Of a stretch of DNA of 64,000 nucleotides, positions 1-9,506 are shown piece by piece. The translations under genes and the position numbers were made by a program. Source of the stretch: Candidatus Bathyarchaeota archaeon. Its GTDB lineage: Archaea > Thermoproteota > Bathyarchaeia > Bathyarchaeales > Bathyarchaeaceae. The notes beneath the pieces were generated by a model. The model saw only the letters and a list, made by a program, of their open reading frames with translations. It made no database searches and was not told the DNA's origin. The stretch spans positions 1 through 64,000 of the forward strand of contig CAVOMX010000024.1 of the NCBI GenBank assembly GCA_963697165.1, given 5' to 3'. Position 1 is the stretch's first letter, and the number at the start of each line of letters is the position of its first letter.

Positions 1-211
1 GAAATGCATTATAGAAAGAAGCTACACCGTAGACCTGAATCATTGGTATGTTTAGCTTTTCAGATACGTGTCTCAACGTCCAAGCTGGAAGATAATTGAA
101 TAACTTCTCAATTTCATGTAATATGGAAATTAACGCTGACTCTTCCCAAGAATGATTTTTCATGATGCTGTCGATTTTATTGTATTCAGGAAGATCTTCC
201 GACAATTTCAT
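1..211 (-). CDS. NuoE/HoxE/HydC-like 2Fe-2S subunit, N-terminal part (runs off the window edge)
   Basis: Not in the ORF track. Manual translation gives MKLSEDLPEYNKIDSIMKNHSWEESALISILHEIEKLFNYLPAWTLRHVSEKLNIPMIQVYGVASFYNAF, matching the NuoE-family L..ILH.IQ...YLP...L.IP...VYGVA(T/S)FY pattern. Confidence 0.85.
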   Translation of the reverse strand, partial: MKLSEDLPEYNKIDSIMKNHSWEESALISILHEIEKLFNYLPAWTLRHVSEKLNIPMIQVYGVASFYNAF

Positions 212-261
212 AGCGTCCCAGAGTCTATCATCAATTCTTTGCGTTTTTGGATGTGAAGATT

Positions 262-597
262 TTATGAGGTCTCTGCATTCGAACGATTGGTGACCTTTTT
301 TATGCTTTTGAAACTTAGTGACATTTCTCCATGAGCATTCTTGGGAAAGGTTATTTCATATACGTCGTTTGTGTTACATTCTTCACATTTTAAGGCTCTC
401 CATCTACATGCAAAACAATTTTCTGACTCTGTGCCGATGCGAAGGCAGAGGTCTTCGAATCCATCTTTGTGTCCGACAATCAAGCCAACGAATTCGATCC
501 ATGTTTTTCCACAGTGAATGCAGGTGAGCCTTTTCTTGCTCAATTCACCTGTTTTTTTTCTGTTCTCGATCTCCTTGATTACCTCTGTAATTTCCAA
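262..597 (-). CDS. Hypothetical protein with three CxxC pairs
   Basis: CIHC, CFAC and CEEC motifs; directly upstream of and co-oriented with the nuoE-like gene. Confidence 0.6.
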   Translation of the reverse strand: MEITEVIKEIENRKKTGELSKKRLTCIHCGKTWIEFVGLIVGHKDGFEDLCLRIGTESENCFACRWRALKCEECNTNDVYEITFPKNAHGEMSLSFKSIKKVTNRSNAETS

Positions 598-793
598 GAG
601 ACTCTCTCCACATTATAAGCATGTTGAGTAAATATTTATGTATTTTGTTCATTAAATGACGCATATTATCGACATTCTAAGACGGAATAACATAAATTAT
701 ATATTTTGTTAGGTCGGGATGGAAACGCATGTGAATAGTTGACATTATAAGATTTTTCTGCGAAAATGGTATAATTTAAAAACTCTGATTGTC

Positions 794-1297
794 TTGTTTA
801 CAACAAAGAAGGGTGCATCCATGAGTTCTAGTGTGAGAATTGATAAGATTGACCTTAACATTATCAGGGCTTTACAAAAAAATGCACGTACAAGTTTTGC
901 GAGTATTGCAGCAGATTGCGGTGTATCAACAGATACAATAAGCAAACGATTCAGAAAAATGAAAAAAGCTGGCGTTATAAGAGGAACGACCATACTGTTG
1001 AATCCGAAAAGTTTTGGTAATGAATGCGTTGGAAGCTTAGGCATTGACGTTAGCTATCCCTATTTGAGGGATGTTGTTGAATCGGTTCGGAGAGTGCCTG
1101 AGATAGTTTTTTGCACTACATCTATGGGCAAGCACGACATATTTTGTATTGCAATCCTTAAAAATGTTGGACGGCTCAGTCAAGTAAAAGACTTGATAAA
1201 AGGGCATCCTGCAGTCAGAGAAGTCACAACAAGCATTTGGGTTGATGAAATATTACTATGCCCCGAGAACTTCGAATTTAAACATCTAGAAAAGTAG
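794..1297 (+). CDS. Lrp/AsnC family transcriptional regulator
   Basis: IDKIDLNIIRALQKNARTSFASIA..GVS...ISKRF HTH plus RAM-type C-domain; true start may be the ATG at 821. Confidence 0.9.
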   Translation: MFTTKKGASMSSSVRIDKIDLNIIRALQKNARTSFASIAADCGVSTDTISKRFRKMKKAGVIRGTTILLNPKSFGNECVGSLGIDVSYPYLRDVVESVRRVPEIVFCTTSMGKHDIFCIAILKNVGRLSQVKDLIKGHPAVREVTTSIWVDEILLCPENFEFKHLEK

Positions 1298-1779
1298 TGA
1301 ATAAGATGGATGAAACTGATTTATTAATAATTAAACGAATGACCGAAGATGCTCGAGTGTCTTTTAGAAAAATCGCGAAGGAACTTGGGGTCTCGCCAGA
1401 TACCGTGATAAGCAGATACAGAATACTACAAGAAAAAGAGGTAATCCGTGGATCAACTGTTGTACTTGACCCGAAAAAAATTGGATACAAAGGGATGGCT
1501 GCATTCATGATAGACACCTCATCAGCTCACATTTTAGCAATCGAGGCTACTCCGCCTAAAACGCCATCGATTTTGGAAACGGTGATCAAAATGCCAGATA
1601 TAATCTTGGCCACAAAGACTGTTGGAGACCATGATCTGTTAGCTATTGCTGTAATCAAAGATGTTGAACATCTAATTGCGATTGGCGGTGATATAGCGAA
1701 AATACCTGGCGTTAAGGATTTGCGCGTATTGTTTTGGGTTGAGAAAACCGAACTCTATCCTAAATACTTCATAATTTAA
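1297..1779 (+). CDS. Lrp/AsnC family transcriptional regulator
   Basis: MDETDLLIIKRMTEDARVSFRKIAKELGVSPDTV...GDHDLL. Confidence 0.9.
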   Translation: MNKMDETDLLIIKRMTEDARVSFRKIAKELGVSPDTVISRYRILQEKEVIRGSTVVLDPKKIGYKGMAAFMIDTSSAHILAIEATPPKTPSILETVIKMPDIILATKTVGDHDLLAIAVIKDVEHLIAIGGDIAKIPGVKDLRVLFWVEKTELYPKYFII

Positions 1780-2144
1780 GTCTCGAATATGCGGATGCAT
1801 CTAGATAAAACCTGCCGCCTTAACGGGATATCAAACGAGTATTCTTATTGATAATTTCGGGGAAAAATCAAACAAATACCTTCAAATGTATTTTGGTTAG
1901 ACTCAATATTCACAAAAAAAGAATCAAAGTTATTCGCAGAAAAAGGGGGGAATTTGCGGGATTGAATTTGTGTGCCGGGAGATATCTCCACTGACCGTGA
2001 GTTCACGGTCTCTCCAGGCTCACTTTTCAATTCACCAGGCCCACTTTAATTAATTTTTTAGCTATTTTCCGAGCAACCAACAGAACAGCACACAGGCAAA
2101 ACAGAGAAAAGAAAAAGGGGAGTTTTTGGAACTGCAGTGGACCT

Positions 2145-2273
2145 TTAAGAAAATCTATAGCCACAGTCTCTACAGTAATATCGTTGTACTTCTCCAAAAC
2201 GAGTATATCGAATTCCATCCTTCCAGTGATTTCTGCTTCCACATTCAGGACATATGATTATTGTTTCATTCAT
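2145..2273 (-). CDS. 42-aa IS1 InsA-like zinc-ribbon microprotein
   Basis: Manual translation: MNETIIICPECGSRNHWKDGIRYTRFGEVQRYYCRDCGYRFS*; GGAGGT Shine-Dalgarno upstream. Confidence 0.7.
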   Translation of the reverse strand: MNETIIICPECGSRNHWKDGIRYTRFGEVQRYYCRDCGYRFS

Positions 2274-2461
2274 TTACCTACCTCCATTTTATTTTCCAAG
2301 TCTCAAACCAAAAAAAGGGGGAGTTGCGGGAGGTGCCGCCACGAAATTAATAAATTACTATTTATCTGTTTCTGGAAAGAAACCTGAATTCACACCAAAA
2401 AAAGCCGACCAGAGTTAAGCCTATGAGAAAAATAGTTTAAGGACTTTTTGATATTGATTAT

Positions 2462-2962
2462 ATGAAACAATTTAACTACAAACATCACCTATTTGGTGTT
2501 CAGATAAAAGTGACCAACCAAAAGAGGGCATATGTGGACGTCAACCCAGTCATAGTAACTACAGATCAAAAAATAGTTCTTGCCAAAAGAATAAAGGGCA
2601 TTGTTGGTGGAGGACAATGGCACCTGCCCGGAGGAAGAGTACAATTCAAAGAAACCCTTGAGACATCCCTAAAGAGAGTGGCTTTTGCCAAAATCAACCT
2701 GAAAATCGAACTTTTCTATCATTCATTAAAGGAGTGCCTTGTTGGAATATATGACAACCCAGAAAGAGACCCGCGAGAACACGTTATAAGCATCGCATTT
2801 TTGTGCAAGATCGTGGAAGGAGAGACCAAACCGGGAGTAAAGGTTGACGCAGTCAAGAGCTTCTCTGAGGCAGAGACAAAAAAATTGGAAATTGCCTTTG
2901 ACCACAGGAAAACTGTTGAAGATGCCTTCTCTATTTTGGCAGACTTAAATGCCCTGCTATGA
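2462..2962 (+). CDS. NUDIX hydrolase (ADP-ribose pyrophosphatase-like)
   Basis: WHLPGGRVQFKETLETSLKR degenerate Nudix box, RDPREHVISIAF, IAFDH. Confidence 0.8.
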   Translation: MKQFNYKHHLFGVQIKVTNQKRAYVDVNPVIVTTDQKIVLAKRIKGIVGGGQWHLPGGRVQFKETLETSLKRVAFAKINLKIELFYHSLKECLVGIYDNPERDPREHVISIAFLCKIVEGETKPGVKVDAVKSFSEAETKKLEIAFDHRKTVEDAFSILADLNALL

Positions 2963-3008
2963 AAATCGTGTTTTTAAAGTATCGCACAGATAGGCGATTT
3001 CGTAGATG

Positions 3009-3506
3009 CTAGATGTCTTCTGCTAGATATTTCAGGTCGAAATCTCTTAACGAATAGCCGGACCCAATGCTAACGAGGAACGATTCGAAGTTGTCTAATG
3101 AAGCTCCCCAGTCCATAGCGAAGGATCGCGCAAACTTGGCGTAGGCTGAATAGTTTTTGTGAAAAGATACAATAATGAAGTCTTTTCCAAAGCCCTCGCC
3201 GTCAGCAGCGAAGATAACGTTTGGTCGTTTAGTTATCCATTCCTTGGCTTGTTGCATCATTTTTTCGGCTGGTATGTTCTCTGAAGACTGTTTCAGTTTT
3301 GAGATGGTGAACGCCATTATCTGGTATCCAAGTTTCTGGAAATCTGGAATTATTGTGTAGGTCTTTATGTATTCTTTTTCGATTCTAGCACGAGTTCTAG
3401 AGACAGTAGGCTGCGAGACTCCTAAGATACCGGCTAATTCTCTGTCGCTTTTCTTGGAATTTTTTAGCATCTCACTTACTAGCCTAAGCAGCTTTTGAGG
3501 TTTCAT
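3009..3506 (-). CDS. Lrp/AsnC family transcriptional regulator
   Basis: LKNSKKSDRELAGILGVSQPTVSRTR HTH; IPDFQKLGY linker. Confidence 0.85.
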   Translation of the reverse strand: MKPQKLLRLVSEMLKNSKKSDRELAGILGVSQPTVSRTRARIEKEYIKTYTIIPDFQKLGYQIMAFTISKLKQSSENIPAEKMMQQAKEWITKRPNVIFAADGEGFGKDFIIVSFHKNYSAYAKFARSFAMDWGASLDNFESFLVSIGSGYSLRDFDLKYLAEDI

Positions 3507-3750
3507 GAATGTAATATTTGTTGCAGTCCTTTAAAAGTTTGATGCATTCAGTGCCCAACTTTAAAAGCAGATCTCAATTCAATGTTCATTTTGATACATT
3601 TTTACCGATTTCTGTACTATAGTGTTTGTATGGAAAAATAAACAAATTATGAAGGCACACCAGGCTCTAACTAATAAAAACACAAAAAATGTGGCTAGGC
3701 TATTCACAGGATACCCGCTCTAAGCATATAACGTTAAGCTGCTCTGGCAC

Positions 3751-4302
3751 CTAATTTGGGTCTACTTCTACAGCAACTCCCTGTTTGATGAGGATTCGAG
3801 CATTTTCTGGAGGCAAAGTTGCTATGTCCTCTGGACCAAAAGGACCATAAGTTTTCATATCAGCCCCAACCAAAGCAGGAATTTCCTGAACAAAACGCAG
3901 AACAGTCAGCGTTTGTTTCACACCCTTTTCGATTTTCGATAAATGCCCACGGAGAAGATCCTTGGAGAAAACATGGCAACTCTCAGCTAAAGACGAAACG
4001 TCGCCATACAACTTTTTTTCTTCGCCAGTTAAGGCATCTATGGCAACGGTTTCTCGGGCAAAAGCCTTTTTTCGGAATTTTCTGTAACGAAGCCCAAAAA
4101 GTTCTCCAACCATAACCTTGACGTTTTTAAACTCGTTATCCAGCAGCTTTGCTTTTGTTGTTTTTTTATCTAGCATTCGATTGTCCTCCTTCAGTTTTTT
4201 GATATAAGCAGCAATTTTGGCGTAGAAGTTCTTTGGAAGCCGCTGAATCTCGTTCTCGTTTTCTTTTTCCTTTCTCCAAATCTCATAGAGTTCATCATAC
4301 AA
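3751..4302 (-). CDS. GINS complex subunit (Gins51/Gins15 type)
   Basis: N-terminal helical A domain (LPKNFY), C-terminal B domain (VGADMKTYGPF...LIKQGVA); directly downstream of priS. Confidence 0.85.
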   Translation of the reverse strand: MYDELYEIWRKEKENENEIQRLPKNFYAKIAAYIKKLKEDNRMLDKKTTKAKLLDNEFKNVKVMVGELFGLRYRKFRKKAFARETVAIDALTGEEKKLYGDVSSLAESCHVFSKDLLRGHLSKIEKGVKQTLTVLRFVQEIPALVGADMKTYGPFGPEDIATLPPENARILIKQGVAVEVDPN

Positions 4303-4304
4303 GG

Positions 4305-5545
4305 TTACTTTACCACCTCTGCCATACCCTTACATAGCAGCATCAACGCTGCCGCAGTTGGAAGTTCAACTTTCTGCCTTTCAAATGGACCATAAATTTC
4401 GTCCTCCACCCTGAATTGGGGAGCATCTGAAACATGAACAGTTACCTCCCCAGTCTTAAAGGCTACTGCGCTCTTAAGAGGATCAAAATCTTCAATTTGA
4501 GCAATGGGAAACTCGACTTTTTTCAACCCTGTTTTTCCATGTAACGAATTAGGGAATCTTATCAGGCGATTGATGTCAGGAGTAACTACAGTATCGATTT
4601 TCACAGACTGCTTCTCCACTCCATATTGAGCTATCTGTCTCCAAGTTTCTGGACGTAATATTCTTGATGGCTCCCCAAGGACCTTTTTTGTTCCAGCTCT
4701 CCAGAATCGCTTCTCTATGCTTAAGTAACGAATTTATGTGCAGAGTCTTTAGACCAATTTTCATCAAGTCTTCTTTGGAAGCAGTCTGGAGGAAATCGTA
4801 GGTTCCCTTAGCTACTCGTCCCCTCCATCCTCGGTCATTCAAGTCTGGACCAGAAACCCTTCTTTCGGATGTAGCACTTTTCCCTAAACCGTGAAATTCT
4901 GCATCCAAACCAATTCCCATCAAGTAGTCAACAATCTCTTTACGAGCCAACGAATCCAAATCTCGAACAGATTCACTCTCCACATGAACGTGATATCCCC
5001 TGTGTCCAGAAAAAGCCACAGTCAACACTTCTGAAGAAAAACCGAAATCGTCTGTCAATACATCGATAAGTTTAATCGCTTCAACCTTGGAAGCTTCTAA
5101 ACAAATGTCGCAAAGCCAAGGCTTTTCCTTGAATTTTGTTCCACCACAAACAGAGCATTTTAGGGGGATGCTCACCCTTGCCAGAAGCGCCACAACCAGT
5201 GCAGACCCAGATGTCATGAACCGTGGCACATGGAGTTGGAATGTGATCTGCATCGATGTCAAAAACCAAGTCGGCTCCCAGCCACCCTTTTGATTTCATC
5301 TCTTCTTCGGGACGTTCATAGTAGGCGCTTGAATAGTAAACGTCTGAAGGCACGACACTGCATAACGAAGACCTGAGGCTGTCCGCGTCTATGAAGCCTT
5401 TGTGCCTAACCATAACTCTCTTTTCAAGAAGGAGAAAACCAAACTCCCGCCGTTCCAGAGAAGATGGAGGCAGAATAGAAGCGGAATTTTGTTTATAGTA
5501 ATCGGCAAATTTGTCTCGAATAAAGCTCTGCGACAAAGAGGACAT
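4305..5545 (-). CDS. priS: DNA primase small (catalytic) subunit, split by two frameshifts
   Basis: RREFGF, SDVYYS, GADLVFDIDAD, FSGHRGYHVH and IDTVVTPDINRLIRFPNSLHGKTG across three overlapping ORFs. Confidence 0.95.
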
Positions 5546-5731
5546 GTTTTTCCGCCCATCATATAGTAGGTCAAAAACAATATTTAAACGGGATTCATTT
5601 CACCGTGAACATGAATTAAAAAGAGTCTGCAGAGCTTTGAAAGATAGTTTTTACGGTGCAAAAGGGAAATGTGGTTTTGATTATTGGATGCATTTATATG
5701 AAACACAAAAACTAGTACTTTTGAGTAAAAG

Positions 5732-5983
5732 ATGAGAAAAGAAAAAAGGAAAAGTATTCGCGAAGAAAATGAAGAACCTGAAGAAGAAACTGAGACAATG
5801 GACATCTATAGTGAAAAAGAGTTAGAAGAGATGCTAGAAAACGATGAGATAACCGAAGCTGAATACAGTTTCATGCTCGGAAGGGAAAAAGTCAGAAAGA
5901 AAAAGGATCTGGGACTGGAAAGAAAAGAACATGAAGACACCCAATCAGTTGAACTAGCAAAAAGCGAATATGAAGACGACTAA
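5732..5983 (+). CDS. Small highly charged hypothetical protein
   Basis: 83-aa E/K-rich ORF with purine-rich coding character (EMLENDEITEAEYSFMLG). Confidence 0.6.
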   Translation: MRKEKRKSIREENEEPEEETETMDIYSEKELEEMLENDEITEAEYSFMLGREKVRKKKDLGLERKEHEDTQSVELAKSEYEDD

Positions 5984-6069
5984 CCGGACATAGTTGCTCA
6001 ATCTTCTTGTCAGGCGCGAGCTATAAAATAAAATTCAGCCAAAGTTAAAACTGGCTAACACAAAAAAGC

Positions 6070-7095
6070 TTAGCCATCATCAGTTGGCTTCTCTTCAGGC
6101 AAATTTTTCAGTTTTCGTTTGTAGCAAACCAGAGGATTCACTGCTCCTCTGCATTCGGGTTCTGGTGAGACACATATACCATGAGTGCGTAACGTAGCGC
6201 AATTTGGGGGAGTGTATTTTGTCCCTGAGCCTCTGCTTCCGGCGATGTGTTCGACCTGATAACGGGTCATTCGTTCATTGAAGTCAGAGACGGAACGGAA
6301 AAACTTGAAGACATCATCTGCACTCATTCCGATGCTTATCATGAAGGAAGTTAACGCGAATCGACCTACGTGTGAAGCAGGGCGACCAGCCGCAACCCGA
6401 TCATACACGCCCTTAATACACGAAGGAAAGGCTTCCATCACTACACGCTCAGGCATCTCTTCAAGCCGAATCTGCTCTCGTTTCTCTGCAGCCAGTTGCC
6501 TCAAGCGGTTTACTCGAGCCATGATAGTTAGAGGAAGAGATTTTATCGTTGTGTCGAGTCTTCCTTCAATATATTTCCGCACTTCCTCTTCTAGCAGGCG
6601 GCTTACTTCCCTTTGTGTAAGGTAAACTTCCCCGTCAATCATAAGGTGGTTAACAAGTTTCCAGTTCGTGTCATGAAAGCCTGTCGCGTTCTTCAAAAAA
6701 ACTGGAAAACGGAGCATAAAAGCATAAGGCTGCAAACTAAAATCGTTGACTGGTCTTGCGTCCCAGCCAAAGTTATTGGCGACCTCCAACAACTTCTCTT
6801 TTTCCTCACCCCTCAGTAAAGCAGAAGCCCGTTTTGCTTCAGCTAACGCGTACCTACTTTTTATAAAAGAATCCTCGGTGGCAACAACCAACATAACAGC
6901 TATTGGAAAAGAGAAAATCTCAATTTCGTACTCTTTTGGTTCATCCCGTGGCTGAGTCTTCGCGTAAGCAGAAACATCAAGTAAAGCATTGTATACACGC
7001 TCCTCCGCTCTATCCAAAAACGGAACAAAAAAGTCACTTTCTAACTCGTTGATGTCTAAACCTACTTCTCTTACGTGCTCAGCAGCCTCTTTCAT
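6070..7095 (-). CDS. priL: DNA primase large subunit
   Basis: FPSCI, HVGRFAL, YQVEHIAG, YTPPNCATLRTHGIC Fe-S domain; the reading frame extends upstream to about 7131 (LTAYDRAKYPF). Confidence 0.95.
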   Translation of the reverse strand: MKEAAEHVREVGLDINELESDFFVPFLDRAEERVYNALLDVSAYAKTQPRDEPKEYEIEIFSFPIAVMLVVATEDSFIKSRYALAEAKRASALLRGEEKEKLLEVANNFGWDARPVNDFSLQPYAFMLRFPVFLKNATGFHDTNWKLVNHLMIDGEVYLTQREVSRLLEEEVRKYIEGRLDTTIKSLPLTIMARVNRLRQLAAEKREQIRLEEMPERVVMEAFPSCIKGVYDRVAAGRPASHVGRFALTSFMISIGMSADDVFKFFRSVSDFNERMTRYQVEHIAGSRGSGTKYTPPNCATLRTHGICVSPEPECRGAVNPLVCYKRKLKNLPEEKPTDDG

Positions 7096-7157
7096 GAAAG
7101 GATATTTTGCACGGTCATAAGCAGTAAGTAACTGCTTAACCTCCCTTTTAGCATCGA

Positions 7158-7913
7158 CTACTCGACTTCTATTCTAGGAGCCAAGAAAAACTTTAGTTTT
7201 CCCTCTTTCTCCTGCTTAAAGTCCAGTTTAATAGGCATATCTGTCGAAAACTCTATAATAACAATTTCTGAAGTCGGCACAGACGCCTTAACTATCTCCG
7301 AGAGGTAACTTAAGCTGAAAGTGGCCTTAGAAGCCTCCTTCGCATTCATCTCCAAGAGCACATCGTCTCCTGTCTTAAATTCGATCTTAGCCCCCATAAT
7401 ATCGCCTGTGGCGTGCATAACCATCTTTTCGTTATCCGCCTCGATTCGAACATGATCGCTAACCAGAGATGCATCCTCTATAGCCTCTCGTAACCCCTGT
7501 GTCGTAGTCTTCGCGCTCACATTAAAGCTGACCTTTGGAGTGGGAACCTCTTCATCCATAGCCTCCAAAGTAGGCATAATGAAGGTACGAGAATATTTTC
7601 CTCTGATGGCAATTTTCAGTTTCCCAGTCTTGTCATCCAATGACAACTCAACAGATTCGTCTTTTCCTGTTCTCCTCAGCAACTTCAGCATTTCGCTGAT
7701 GTTAATGCACATCTTCATTGCTTCGCTGCAAGAATACTCGTCGAACACGGTTTTCGGCCACTCGAAATCGACCATGGCAACCCGCGAAGGATCCATGGCA
7801 CGAAGCTTGATTCCTTCAGAAGTGAGGTCAAATGTGGCTTCGTCTACGAGTATTGAAATGGCACCCATCATATCCTTCAAAAACTTTGCATCAGCCATTT
7901 TAGCCTTGAACAT
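7158..7913 (-). CDS. pcn: PCNA sliding clamp
   Basis: LRAMDPSRVAMV, FSLSYL, LKFFLAPRIE; start placed at MFKAKM. Confidence 0.97.
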   Translation of the reverse strand: MFKAKMADAKFLKDMMGAISILVDEATFDLTSEGIKLRAMDPSRVAMVDFEWPKTVFDEYSCSEAMKMCINISEMLKLLRRTGKDESVELSLDDKTGKLKIAIRGKYSRTFIMPTLEAMDEEVPTPKVSFNVSAKTTTQGLREAIEDASLVSDHVRIEADNEKMVMHATGDIMGAKIEFKTGDDVLLEMNAKEASKATFSLSYLSEIVKASVPTSEIVIIEFSTDMPIKLDFKQEKEGKLKFFLAPRIEVE

Positions 7914-8029
7914 TGGCAAATCTCCGTTAGCATTTATGTTTAAGCTACCTCTCATTTAAGGTGTTTGATTCATTATGCAACCGCAGGGTGAGAGGCGATT
8001 TTAACCGATTTTGTAGTAAATGTGATGTT

Positions 8030-8377
8030 TCAACTGTATTCGCGAAAGGTGTAGTTGCATTTTGTGCATCTGAAGAACTGTGTTGATGACTCGTCGGTTC
8101 CTCTGGTTTGAACTTGCCAAGCGTAGGCAGTGTTGTTTCCGCATTTGGGACATTCTACTCTAACTGTAGGTAAAGTACGCAATTTTTGCTCTTCTTTTCC
8201 GATAATAGCTATGGATTCTTGGGGAGAACGCTCTATTGTCTTGGGTACAACAGATGGCTTATCTCCCGTATGTTTCGTGTATCCACATTTTGGACATATG
8301 AGATTAAAAACGGTTTTTTTTGCCGTTTTATTGCGACGTGAAACCAGTCGCATTCCACAGTCAGGACAGAATTCCAC
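8030..8377 (-). CDS. tfs: Transcription factor S
   Basis: MEFCPDCG...CPKCG...QTRGTDESSTQFFRCTKC. Confidence 0.95.
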   Translation of the reverse strand: MEFCPDCGMRLVSRRNKTAKKTVFNLICPKCGYTKHTGDKPSVVPKTIERSPQESIAIIGKEEQKLRTLPTVRVECPKCGNNTAYAWQVQTRGTDESSTQFFRCTKCNYTFREYS

Positions 8378-8438
8378 TCAGTTCACCTCAAGTTCCGCGC
8401 ATGTTGGGTTGCAATTTACTCTTTTAAACCTTTTCTTT

Positions 8439-9023
8439 CTAACGAGTTAATCCCGAAGCTACTATATGAGCTACGCGTAGCATCTCGGGAATGTTACTTT
8501 GTGTAGACATTTTTTTAATAATATTTTCGGCATCCTCACGCAAAATTCCTGCTGTTTGCACGTAAACAGGATTCTCTCCATCTCGAGTTTCAACATCGAA
8601 GAGCTCTCCGGCATTCTCCATAGCCTGCCATCTCTTCTCAAAGTCTGGGAGATTCTTAAGAGCTCCTCTTATTTTTTCCAAATCAGGTTTTTCTCGTGCC
8701 ACTGACATGACGGGCAAATCTACCCTGTCAGAGAGCTCACTGATGTCCACCACATTGAAGCCAGCGAAGGTGACGCCATCTAGGATTATAGCCCGAAGTT
8801 CCTTATAGTAAGGAGAATTTTTGATCATGGTAGCTATTTTTTCTGTAGCATCCAGCCCATCAATAGTTATCTCTGTGCGCATAACACCTTCAAAACAGTA
8901 ACCTCCCCGATAGACGATCCCCACAACGTCTACGGTTCCATTAGTGTGGGGAACAAATCTGCCATCGTCAATACCCAACACTCGAATCTCAGATTTTATT
9001 GAACGAAATCGTTTAGACACCAA
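8439..9023 (-). CDS. DUF99 family (endonuclease V-like) protein
   Basis: RVLGIDDG, IDGLDAT, LDGVTFAGFNVVD, PEMLRVAH. Confidence 0.9.
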   Translation of the reverse strand: MVSKRFRSIKSEIRVLGIDDGRFVPHTNGTVDVVGIVYRGGYCFEGVMRTEITIDGLDATEKIATMIKNSPYYKELRAIILDGVTFAGFNVVDISELSDRVDLPVMSVAREKPDLEKIRGALKNLPDFEKRWQAMENAGELFDVETRDGENPVYVQTAGILREDAENIIKKMSTQSNIPEMLRVAHIVASGLTR

Positions 9024-9114
9024 AACTATCCATCCCTCAATTCAGCTTACTTAGCCTTTAAATTTTGTTCACATATAAGTTACGAGTTAGACAAAAACAT
9101 TAGAAGGGAAACGC

Positions 9115-9489
9115 ATGTTTGCATTCATACAGCAGCACGAAAGCCTCAGCGAAGTTTTGATGGATCAGAAACTCGCCAAACTAGGAGACGCCTACGTGAA
9201 TTTTCTTTATTCTCTGGCGTTATCTAAAAAGAAGGGTGAACCCACCGGAATTAAAGTTAAAGGACGCTTACTTGCAGATGCCTTCAAAAAAGCGGGGTTA
9301 CGAAAATTTCTGCCCTCAAGAATCGATCGCCACAAACAGGCAGACGCTGCCGAAGCCTTGATTGTATATGCGTGGATACGAGGTTCAATGACAATGGAAG
9401 AAGGACTGGAAATCTTGGAACAAAACGAAGATAGCGTTGAAGCATTCAGCGTTCTTCTGCTCACTGCAAAAATGAAGCTTGAAACATAG
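9115..9489 (+). CDS. Archaeal stand-alone RNase III-domain protein
   Basis: LAKLGDAYVNF and ADAAEALI signatures. Confidence 0.8.
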   Translation: MFAFIQQHESLSEVLMDQKLAKLGDAYVNFLYSLALSKKKGEPTGIKVKGRLLADAFKKAGLRKFLPSRIDRHKQADAAEALIVYAWIRGSMTMEEGLEILEQNEDSVEAFSVLLLTAKMKLET

Positions 9490-9506
9490 AAAACGAAAAT
9501 GAGTAA

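Noticed and set aside
2027..2242. 71-aa ORF with a hydrophobic tail
   Set aside because: It overlaps the more convincing Zn-ribbon ORF in another frame, and the hydrophobic tail comes from a pyrimidine tract.
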